A stretch of DNA of 64,000 nt, taken from NCBI GenBank assembly GCA_012026655.1, contig JAAILG010000349.1, positions 1 through 64,000 on the forward strand. Reading direction: 5' to 3'. Shown here piece after piece: positions 11,801 to 23,100 of the stretch. The stretch's first letter is position 1; each line of letters opens with the position of its first letter. The translations under genes and the position numbers were made by a program. Source of the DNA: Hydrolagus affinis (taxonomy: Eukaryota). The notes below the pieces were generated by a model. The model ran no database searches. It was not told the DNA's origin and saw nothing but the letters and a program-made list of their open reading frames with translations.

Positions 11801-12598
11801 CCAAAGAGCCATTTGACGTGTTTATTATATTTTTTTAAACACGTAAAGTGTAGGGACTGTGTACTTTGAAGGAGAATCGTTGTGACCTCAACCTCGGCGT
11901 TTTGAATTAACTTCTTTACAGAGAGGTTAGTTACCACGTTAGCCTGTAACACTGTGCCCAAGGACTTGGATTGGGTGAACGCTTTTTAAAAAAAAAAAGT
12001 TTCTTTAATCTGTCCCGGACAAGGTGAAATAGATTTTGCTGTGATGCTTAATATATGTTAGACATTTCTTTGACACACAATATCAATGTCAACATTATCC
12101 GCTGTCAGGATATTTATCAGCCAGACAAGCTCACAATAGGACTGTACATCCCCAGGCTGGTCTGAATCGTGCAACAGTTCTCTCGCTTTCAAGGGAGGGT
12201 GGGTGGTGGTGGTGGTGGTGGTGGGGGGGAGGGGGGGTCTGAATCACTAAAGAAGAAAAACAGAATGATCTTTACTGACATTGATATAACCAGAAGCACG
12301 GGCGCTGCTAAATATGTTTTACATTTCCCGACCACGGCGGCTGCGTTTTTTTTTTTGTGTGTGTGTGTACACAATTTAATCAATCACGTTTTTCACTTCA
12401 ATCTGTCAAAACATTTCTGGGAGAGTCGGTTCGAATCAGAGAGTTGGTCGATTATTTCTCAGACGATGTGATTATGACAATTGAGTCAAGGATCATTTGT
12501 TTACCTCGGCTCTGATTGATGCGATTGGCCAGACAGACAGACAGACACACAGACATAGCGTTGTAGTTGAGGAGACTGAAAGGCAATAGTGAAGACTA

Positions 12599-12714
12599 GT
12601 ATCAAGGGATATGGGGCAAAAGCGTATAAGTGGAGTTGATGTACAGATCAGCCGTGATCTAATAGAATGGTGGATCAGGCTCGAATGGGTTACTCCTGTA
12701 CCTATGTTCCTATG
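12599..12714 (+). mobile_element. CR1 (shark HER1-like) LINE 3' end
   Basis: gtatcaagggatatggggcaaaag...agatcagccgtgatctaatagaatggtgg...ctcctgtacctatgttcctatg, the typical chondrichthyan CR1 terminus with a (ctatgttc)n tail. Confidence 0.75.
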
Positions 12715-14420
12715 AGACCCAACAGGGATGTAGTTCCGAACTACAGTACAAGTGAGACTGAGCGGCAAACTGCCCTTTACACAGCCCCGAGTGAGTGCAT
12801 GAGCAAAATCCCAAGTCAACTCCATCTCCCCATAGCTCGGGTCTAGTCGGTGTAAGAATGTGCAAGTCACACAACTCCCCGAGAAAAATATTGCCACTTG
12901 AAATTATCCACACAAACTGTGCCATCCATCTCTTCCTGAGCGCACAGTTGCACGTGTTGTAGCCGACCTCTCGGGAAAGCTACTCACTCCAGACTCCCAA
13001 TGTTTGTTCTGCGGATCTCTTCTTGACAAGAATTTTGTATTTGCATTTGTACCTTTCATGTGAGGCAAACGTCTCAAAGCTCTTTACAAAGTGCGGTCAA
13101 AAGAGATGTTGTATTTTGAAGCCGAGTACTTTGCTCAGTAACTGCCAGACTAATCAGACTTCCACTGAAAGTCGACTCAATTCCTGCATGTCATTGACAA
13201 GCTCTGGAACCACATCTGCTCCATGTGGACGCCCGCTTAACTCCCTCCCGCCCCATATACAGAACAGACACAAGATGATCATTTGACATCCGACAAGAGC
13301 GAATCCAAGCCAACATTGTAAATATGATCTTAAAGATGACGAAGATGATGGGGGAAAGGAAATCAGTGGGGTTGGGAGAAAATGTAGCCTGGTTCAGGGG
13401 ACAATATGGCTGGGGAGTTCTGGATGGTTAAAGCATGTGAAAGGTGGAGCTCGGGAGGACAGAAAACAGAGCATTGGACTGGATGTGAGGAAGACAGAAA
13501 TGAGGGTTTGTCGAGATAAATAGGGGGTGGGGGGGGGAGTGGGGGGGAGCAGAAAAGTATCATTGATGTATCCTCTGGAGATCATTAGTTACTTTAGCAC
13601 ATAAGAGATACAAATATATATTCCACACTTACCCATTGGTATTTAAAATTTGATATTTGCAAAGGTTCTTCAAATATTAAATCATGATGGTCACATAAAC
13701 CCACAGTGATTTCAAAGCGTCCAGGAAGAGATCAATATCTGCGAGATTCAATGTTTACAAAGTCTTTGCAAACAACATATTTTGGGGGATTTTATCGAAT
13801 ATCTGCTTACTCAAATGTCACCAGGAAGAGTTATTTCATATCTATATTGTCTTCGGGAGATGTTGCGTGTTGACAATCGTTCACACATGTTAATTCTGAG
13901 CAGAATGCTTTGTTGTATTAATATGTCAAGAGTTAGATGAATGCTGTCCACGGTTAAAAATACCCCTGAGCGCTCTGTCACAGCTCAAAGTATAGTGTGC
14001 TGTGAGATGTAGTTCCAAATAGAATACTGTATTGCGACATTAGTGTAAGAAATAGCTGAATAAAGGAATAATAAAGCATAACACGCTCATTCTGGAATCA
14101 AAAAAGATCCACATAGATCCTTTATTGTATGGTCATTGACATCATAGGGGTAAACTCAGAGGGCAGAGTCCGAAAATACCAAACTAAGTAATAACCATCA
14201 TGATTAAATATTGAATTGCACAACGAAGAAACAATCTAAAACGCAGAGAGCTACTTATTAACTATCAGAAATGACAGAGTTAGACTAGGTTCAGAGTTAA
14301 GGTACAATAATGTAATTGGCTGATGTCATGTCTAAGATTGGGTGGGGGGACAGCAAAGACACACAGGACATTTTGACACATCTTGGCACGTTTCTGTGAA
14401 AGGCCAATGCCTACATGACA

Positions 14421-14648
14421 TGAAGGATAAATAAATGCGTGTATTCCGATTCCGTACAATCTGCATTTACCTTCACACACACAGAGACACACACACATAC
14501 AGGAGAGGCAATTTAAAAGAAAACTTTGAAGGATAAATAAATGCGTGTATTCCGATTCCGTACAATCTGCATTTACCTTCACACACACACACACACACAC
14601 AGAGACACACACACATACAGGAGAGGCAATTTAAAAGAAAACTTTGAA
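14421..14648. repeat. Tandem duplication (106-bp and 118-bp units)
   Basis: Units 14421-14526 and 14527-14644 are identical apart from the length of an internal (CA)n tract. Confidence 0.95.
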
Positions 14649-15429
14649 TACATGAATGAGCCAGACTGACAGCAGCTTATGTACCTTTGTTCAAAGCCTT
14701 CGAGTTGTATCGCATTTCCATGTAGCCCAGAATTCGAAAGACAGGCGGGAATATGGCAGACATCTTTACGAATATGGAAGATAAGACAGATGTAACTGAA
14801 GGGTACTGACAGAAATTATATCGCACAGAGAAACCTTCAGACTGACACTCCTTTGAGGGCTGCGAAAAGGAAGGTGGGGGAGCATGTAAACTGCGTTTTT
14901 AGTTTTGTTTGTTCCTGACAGCAGAAACAGAGTAAAAACGTGCTGTCAATGCACCAACTAAAAACAAAATCAACTTAACAAGCATATCCCTGTGCCAGTT
15001 TCTTATACGTACAACTCTGCCAATTGATCTTGCTGTCTCGCTGCACATTTCAAAATGCACTGGGGATGTCAAGTATCAAATAGAACATTATTCAACCGTT
15101 TTATGTAACAATTATAGTACCAGTTATGCAATATTTATCCACTCCCAAATAACAACGTCTCCCCCCCACCCCCCCACCCCCCCCACACACACACACACAC
15201 AGATAAAGTATTCCCTCCCCCACTCCTGCAATTATTACTATTATTACTATTACTGCGAAACAGTTCCACGAGTGTCCTCTATAAATGATAGCTCTGGGCT
15301 ATTATTAAAGTGCGAACCTTGAAGACTGAATGTGTCGTCAGGCTAAGCCTCTGCAGGCCTCAACCCAAACTCCCTACATGAACACACACCTGCCAGCAAG
15401 AGGGCTCTGGATCCAATGAAGAGCTGGAA

Positions 15430-15540
15430 CCCTGGCTGATGTAGGAGTCTCTCACCCAGTTCCACTGAGACCAATTACAAGCCCACCAATACTGAACTGC
15501 CCTGGTTCATATCAGCTAACAATACCAGCAATCCAACCTG
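15430..15540 (-). mobile_element. Old interspersed repeat fragment, same family as 8735-8850
   Basis: Visible similarity between the two copies. Confidence 0.35.
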
Positions 15541-17539
15541 TGATTTTTTTTTAATCTACATGGTTAGTGCCTTTAGCCCTAGCCCCGCTTAGGTGGGGGT
15601 GAGTCTGGAAGCGTTGTTGAAGAAAATACGAATTAAAAACAGCAATAACTACTTACAGAACAGCAATCCGAGTTTTAATGGCCAATATAAATGCGGAGAG
15701 ATATTTTTTATGCCGATATCATGGCCAAGGGTTGGGGGGTTGGGGTGGGGGGGGGGGGTGCCGGGTTCTATCAAATTGACCACCACCACCACCTGTAATC
15801 AGCACTGTTTTGTGAAGGACATTTTTCTGAAATTGTAGCGTGTGAAGTGCAGCCGCAACAACAGCTGCTAAAATCAAGTCTTTTTCATATATATATATAT
15901 ATACATATATATAAATACTGAAATTGCACACATTTTCCCAAACGGAAAAAAAAGAGAACGGAAATAGTGAGCAGAAGTGAAATAAGCGCCGTGAACCTGA
16001 AACAAAAACGGGGAAATGCCGAGATTCACAGATGTTGGGTGTATATTTGCAACGTTGCATACAGTAAGTTCCCGTTTCAGGTTCCAGTTTTAATAATACT
16101 AACAATAATAATAATCAGAATGCAAGAATCGACTTAAAATGAAGCTGAAATTGTTCATTTATCTAGGATTGACTTAATTGCCATTGATCCTGTTCTGTTA
16201 TTGTGTGTGTTCATGCAGGAACACATCTAATTAGTTAAGTGATATGTGAATAAGTACTGTGTGCGGCAATATAATGTTTGGACACTATTTGCGTCTAGGT
16301 CTGGAGTGAGTATCACAATCGTTATTTTAAAATACAAACATCATCGCACATCACATCTGGACCATCTACAAAATTACTGAGGCCCCACGAATTATGTGTA
16401 TATATATATATATATATAATTTAAATGTCAATTGCATAATAATGAAATTGCACCCCTTTAATATAAGATCTGACTTTGCGTTGAAATGATACATATATAG
16501 ACAATAAATATGAGAGGTTTGGAGATAGTGATCTTTAGCAGGTGTGTGCTTTACTTTGGAGAATAAACATAATCAGCACAGAGAAGGATCATCGTGTCTG
16601 CGTTTTTTTAAACTATTTTTTTACACACACTTTTCAGCTCTTCTCCCAGATGTAGAATCACAGACGTCTTATGAAGTGGTAACCCTTGTTCAATATTAGC
16701 ATATTGACAGCCTTTGACTTTTGGGTACGTTTTCGATAAGTGTTATGTGCCGAAATTAATAAAGGAGAGACACCACTGTCTATTTGTATTTGTTACCAGA
16801 CTTGAGCGAGGCGTTCTGTTAGTTAACAGCAAAGGTCAGGGGATTTGTGCTGTGATTTTCTGGTCTATGTAGTTGGGGCTGCACTGGGCGGTGTCTGTAC
16901 ACACCAGACCACTGGGGAGTTGAGTGCGCAAGTCCATCCATCCAAATGCAGTGTCTCACCGCCCAGACTCCTGATGGCGTTGACATTTTTAATGAAGCGA
17001 TGATTTATAATAGCAGAAGCCGCCTAAAGTCCCTTATATTTCGGCTGGTGCCCTGAATCTCCTCGTTATGTAAAGACGGGTCTCTCATAGCCGCCATATT
17101 CTGACTGTTGCATGTGCCTCAATATAGCGCCTCTCTCTCCAGTCCCTCCTCTTTCAGAGAGAGAGAAAGAGAGAGAGAGATTGCAGATGGACTCACAGCA
17201 GCCTTCCAGAAACTCCGAACACTACATGTGGTACCTGACACTCCAGCAGGTATCTACCCACGTCACTTGGGGGACCAGAACATGTGAATATGAAATTCGT
17301 CCTACCCTATATTTATATCACATCACTCCGATGTATCCTTATGTTATCCGATCAGAAAATCAGCCCTTAGTTAAAATTAAAACTATAAACAGCATCCGCA
17401 CTCTGGGCAGTGAAGTGATGTTCTGTGCATTCAAATAAACGTGCGGGCGACAAGCAGACCCCCCCGTGGGTGTGGGGGGACATTCTCTCTTGCTCCTCCT
17501 AGGAAAGCAAGTACATGTGTCAAAACCATATCTACCCAC

Positions 17540-17700
17540 CGCTGTTTGTGGGGCATTGCTGTGCACCATTGGCTGCCATGTTTCGCCCACCAAATGCACA
17601 GTCAAACCACTTTACCATACATTCCGTGAAGCGCTCTGAAACGTCTCAACGGCGTGATAAGGCGGCGTGTGAAATACAAGGATTATTCTTATTCTGATTA
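17540..17700 (+). mobile_element. SINE family A 3' half
   Basis: ctgtttgtggggcattgctgtgcaccattggctgccatgtttcgcccac...aagcgctctgaaacgtc...aaggattattc. Confidence 0.8.
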
Positions 17701-20700
17701 TCATCATCTCCCGAGCGATTGAGGCGATAGCAGCGCCATGTACTGTATGTAAACTTGGTCTACAATCATGACACGCGTAATTACAGAGATGCGGGGAACC
17801 AACATGGCTTTCGTATTGCCAGCTGATTGGAGAGAATAAACAACCTTGAATGATTCACGTTCAGAGAGAGGGAGAGAGAGAGAGAGCGAGCGAGGGTGAC
17901 CCACAAGAGAGAGAAGGTTGTCTGCTAAGTGAATGTCACACTGGCATGGCCTCGCTCCCTGACCTTCTCATGCTGAGGTCCATGGTTCTCTGCGTTTGGT
18001 ATTGGCTCGAACCAGGGTCGAGGCAGCTGCCAGCCGCCAGAACAATCCTCTTCCCTGGAAAGTAACTTCAACCAAAGCGTTCGGGGAGTGACAGTGTGAG
18101 AGTGGAGAGTTCGCTCACAACAGGCGGCATATTTCTAATAAACGGAGTAATCTCAGCAGTGACCTTTACAGTCTAGCGTACAGGTAGATCACCATTGCAA
18201 AACATGTTTTAGCTTTAAATCTCTCTCTCTCTCTGGCTAATGTAACCTGTGGGTCGCCAGCAAAACCGTTAGGCAATGAAGGGTTTCTGCACCTGCAGAA
18301 AAGATTTCCTGCACTTGAGTTAATCTGTTTTCTGCAAGTTTTGTAATAAAACGGGTACAATATGTCTGGCTGGTCGTGAGATAACATGGCTCTATGGGTT
18401 GGTTATAGGAACTACCTCCGGCGTGTAAGGCTGACGATACTAGCGTTACATAGTCTGAATATACTGCCACGGACAGACAGACATTAAGGGAGGTGTTGCC
18501 AGCCAAGGTAAGGCTTTCCTTGCACTCTCGTACTGTTTCAGTGGTGTTTGTGTGTGTATGGGGGGGAGAGGGGGGAATTTCTAAATAAATAGTGCGTTTT
18601 TAAGTCGACAGAGCCATTGCTAGATATTAAAAAGCTGCTGTGAAATGAATTGCTCTTATAATGATAGACCATAGACCAGATATATTGGATTAAATTTTTT
18701 TTACTCCTTGTGCATGTAAACATCTGTTGACTGTTCGGGGGGAAATTACTTCATCAGAATCGTTGTCATTTTACTGAGTATTCCTGACTGGGGAATGAGA
18801 GAGGTGCTTTTTGAGTATTCACACACAGAGATGGATCCAAACAAGTGACTATTATTGAGGACCATTTTCATTGTTACCAGGCTGCCAGGGAACCCCACCC
18901 CCCGTTTAAATTTAAGACGCGATTTAGTTGCGAATTCTATACACCTGGACCAGGGTATTTTGTAATGGCATCAATGAAATATGCCTCACATAGAATTTTT
19001 ATGCTTTTCGGAAAACTGAACTTTTAATTGAAGTGATTTTAAAACCAATTTATGTGCACTTCAAATGTAAGGCTGGATGGCATCGCTTTCCTTTTCATGT
19101 GTGGGGGGTGAGAGGGGGGTGGGGAGGGTAAATGAATGTTGTTTTGATCTACAGCTGCTAATTGTATTTGTAAATCTGACCCCTTTATGTGCTCATTGGT
19201 TAATTCGTGATCATTTCAAATTATTTCAGACGAGAAAAAGGTCACTTTCTTTCCCGACCGCATTCCTAGAGGATAGCGCCTGTGGAACTCGTAACCTGTA
19301 AGGATTATGTTTGTGACTTTTTTTTTAACGATTGGACATTTAAGGGCAAACGTTTATGTTTCCACCTTACATTCTTGGCGACTATAATTGAATCTATGAA
19401 CAATCGGAACATTTACGTCTTAATATTATCTGGATGTTACCCTATCTGAGGGCAAGTTCGTTCAGGACAGATCTTGAACACTGATCCAGGCATTTGGTTG
19501 AATATCCTTTGGAGATAAAATCACTCGATGCACAGCGTGTATATTTGGCCCCAAATCAAGCTCCTCAGAATTTTTTTAAATTTAATTTATAAAGTAAATT
19601 TCAACAATAATGATTTTTTTTTGTCCTCGAAAACCACATTCGCTTCGAACCGAGCATCTTAAGAAATTCGGCCAAGCTCCTGAATGTTGTTTTCTCTCAA
19701 ATCTAAACACAATTGGACTAAAATCTTTCAAAACGCCCCAATTATTCGCGTAATGTGTATATATATTTAAAACATAATGTGTTAGCAAAGAAAAGATGGT
19801 TTAGTGTGGTGCTGAAAAAGATCTTTGATGTATACAGTAGGACAAAGGCACAGGGCGAGGATGTTGGACAGAGAACCAGGGTTCAATACAGATAGGGCGT
19901 GGCAGGTGGGTACCACAACATGCCAAGCAACTGAAGATGAAACAAAGCCACAGCATCATTTGGCTGCAAATAGACCATTCACTGATATGTTGATTTGCAG
20001 CCACATATTCTTCTGTTTAATGTTTTGCCCTTTTTTTTATTTTGCCAAGAGCCGCCAGAGAACTTCGTGTGGATAAGACACCCGGTGTTAGCAAATACAA
20101 CAATAGTCAGCTAATCCATGCTAATTGCGGGTAAAGGAGTCAACAGATAGAGTGGTGGGAAGCGCGCCAGTTAAAGGTTCAATTAAACAGACATGTTACT
20201 CATCAGTTGCATTAATGGAATAAAGTACTTCAACTGAAAATTAGTATTTTTTTTTAAAATGTATTGAAATACCCATATGATTTACCCGAAAAGACGGGTT
20301 TCTGTTCTTTGTTCTACTGTGTTGTACTCTTCTTTGTTGTACTATAATATAATTATTATATATCCATATATATATATATATAATTGAATGGTTGAATACG
20401 TGTTTTAAGCATTTACAATGGATGGGGTACAGCGCCGGTGGTTGTATCATTGTGAGGTTACCCTCCTCTGCAGATGTAGAAATATTGATCTGAAGTTGGA
20501 GTTGTTGCTGATCGGATGGTGAGGTACGAGCTGTTGCAGCGGTGTGTGTCTCTGGCAGTAACATTGGGGATTGTGAGCAGCTTTTCCCGTTAATTCCACG
20601 CACAATTTCGGGATTTGCTCATTTTGACCCACCCTGTAGTCGGGTTACAATTGCATCACGGTAACGAAGGCGGAAATGAATGCTGAAATAGTAACGTGTA

Positions 20701-20749
20701 ATATTGGCAATGGGGACTCTCACTGTGTGGGTGTTGGTTTTGGCCGCTT

Positions 20750-21147
20750 GAGAGAGAGAGAGAGAGAGACTGTGGCTGTAACCAGGAGCTTGGAGACTTG
20801 GGAGAGGCTGCGCGCAGACGCTGTGTGCTGCGATACTGAAGCTCACATTGACAGCTCGGGCTCAGCGACTGCACATCTGGAAACAGACAAACGGACCGAC
20901 AGACTGACTGACCGACCGACTGACTGACTGACTGGCTAACCAGCTATCTGGCTGGCTGACTGACTGAGTGCCATCGAAAATGCCCGCTGGATTGGACGCT
21001 GGCACCCACGAGAATCCAGACCGATTGCAAAGGGGAAAAAATCCATATGAGCAGTTTAACTGGCTTTAACTTTGCTCACAGATTCTCACCACGGTCTGCG
21101 CGTTAGTTAAACCACCGACTTCAAAGATCCCTTCTTATTTACTAACG
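20750..21147 (+). other. Putative 5' non-coding exon of ISLR2
   Basis: (GA)n and (GACY)n-rich leader ending in the strong donor ACG|GTAAGG at 21147/21148. The ISLR2 coding exon has an acceptor at 23090-23091, 9 nt before its ATG, so an upstream exon is needed. The 5' boundary is a guess. Confidence 0.45.
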
Positions 21148-21935
21148 GTAAGGACATGTCTAACCCTCTTGCCTTCCAATACAGAGAGACAGACCTTTGC
21201 ATTATGAACTTGATTTTTTCATTTGCAATTAAATACGGACTGGTGAGGTGACTGGGTGTCAATACAGCACAGAGAGTACATCTGAGCATTATGTGTGTGT
21301 AAAAAAAAACTGTTATTGCACGGTATGTTCTCTTTACTAACAGCTGATGTTTTACTGCACTGTAACCATCCTGGACATTCACGGGATGTCTGTCAATTAG
21401 AAATGGATGCAAAACAGTTTGCGCACAGTTCTGAGATTTAATGTTAAGTGATTCATCCTCCAACGGTCACGTGCCTGTCGATTATTTTTAATGAATATTT
21501 TATCGAAGCAGCGACTTTAAAAACGACCCCCTTCATCCCCAGCAAAAAAAAATCTTAAATCTCATCATTATGAATTGAAGTCCGAAGCTAATTGATTTAG
21601 CTGATGATTGACAAGTCTTAGACGGAGCATAATCTTCAAACGAGGTGCAAAATGCAAACTCTCGATTAAAATCGAGTTACATTTACACGGTTATCATTTA
21701 ATTTTGTTTCTCAGCCGGCAGACGGTGTAAGGCGACACGCCCCACCTCATCTATCGCGTTTTGATGTACAGTACTGTACTGTATCTACTTTCACCTGCTT
21801 TTCCCTCGATGAAAGGCAGGGGAATAATCACATTATTTTTAAAAACATTATATTCCGGATATAAGTGTTAAAATGTGGGTGTACTGGGATATCCTGTTTC
21901 AGAAAATTAGTTTCACACAAATATATGCAAATACA

Positions 21936-22149
21936 CACATTATATATATATATGTGTAAACTGTATACATATTATACATGTATTGTTTATATAATATGTG
22001 TGTATGCATATATAAATATACATACACACACATAATATAATATAATATATATTATGTGTGTGTATGTATATTTATATATGCATACACACATTATATAAAC
22101 AATACATATATAATATGTATGTAGTTTACATATATATATATATAATGTG
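21936..22149. repeat. Long AT-rich inverted repeat (palindrome)
   Basis: Arms of about 100 bp are near-perfect reverse complements around a centre near 22040-22046. Confidence 0.92.
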
Positions 22150-23100
22150 ATTTGTGACCGGGACCTGTTAGAAGATGTTATATAGAGGAAACTGGGGGCG
22201 AATTACAATCGTTGATTAATACTGAGATTAATCACCAAGAGAAATTTGTCTCAAAGGTTGGAAATAATGAATCGATTTTCTTTGCGTTCATTTTACACGA
22301 GCTAGAATTAATTAATACCCCGTGCAGCCACTTTAATTGTATTTTTCTAAAAAAACACTTTGTTTTGTGAATTGTATTTGTTATATTTGATACCCAACAT
22401 GACATCAGGATTGGACAGGACGCTATGAGTCAATGTGAGAGTTAAAGAGCTCGGTACAATTGTCACTGTTCTCATGCCCATTAATAACAGGTTGCCTTTG
22501 ACCTCAGCCTGAAAGCGCAATTGACGAAATTCAATCTGAATTCAGAGGAATTTACTGTCGAAGCTTCTTTACCCACAGTCACCAAATCAGAGGCGAAGTA
22601 AATACAAATATTGCAGTTAATACCCCGTCGTTATGAAGGCTGGCTGTCTGTTCTAATAAAACCATATTAATCTCAGTTACTCTGCGACTATTAAGGGTTA
22701 GTCTGGTTTAATATACATCATCCTTAACTGGGGTTTGTGATTTGTTGTCATTGGACAATCTGGAATCAAATAGACTGTGACTAAACAAGTCATTATTTGG
22801 ATCTGATTTGCTTACAGCATTATTGTGAACATGGTAGAATTCCTGCACGTTTGAGTGAGTGTGTCTGTATGAGTGAGTGTGTGTGTGTGTGAGTTTGCAC
22901 AGTGCTCTACTCGCTGGCGTGTGCACTATAATTGGATGTCAGCATGTATTATTGCCGGGCTAATGAAAACCCGCCTGGGAGTTGGCTCCTCACATCTCCA
23001 TTGGCGGCCATCGCTGCAGTGAGTGCAGCTCAGAAACGACGGGATGTTCAAAACTCACCTTAACATGACTTGTTTTCTTTCGCTTTTATAGAGGGCGAAG

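Noticed and set aside
17970-19820. REST/RE1-like motifs (gtccatggttct at about 17978, ccacggacag at about 18467, gtggtgctgaa at about 19807)
   Set aside because: Only half sites or partial matches; no full 21-bp RE1.
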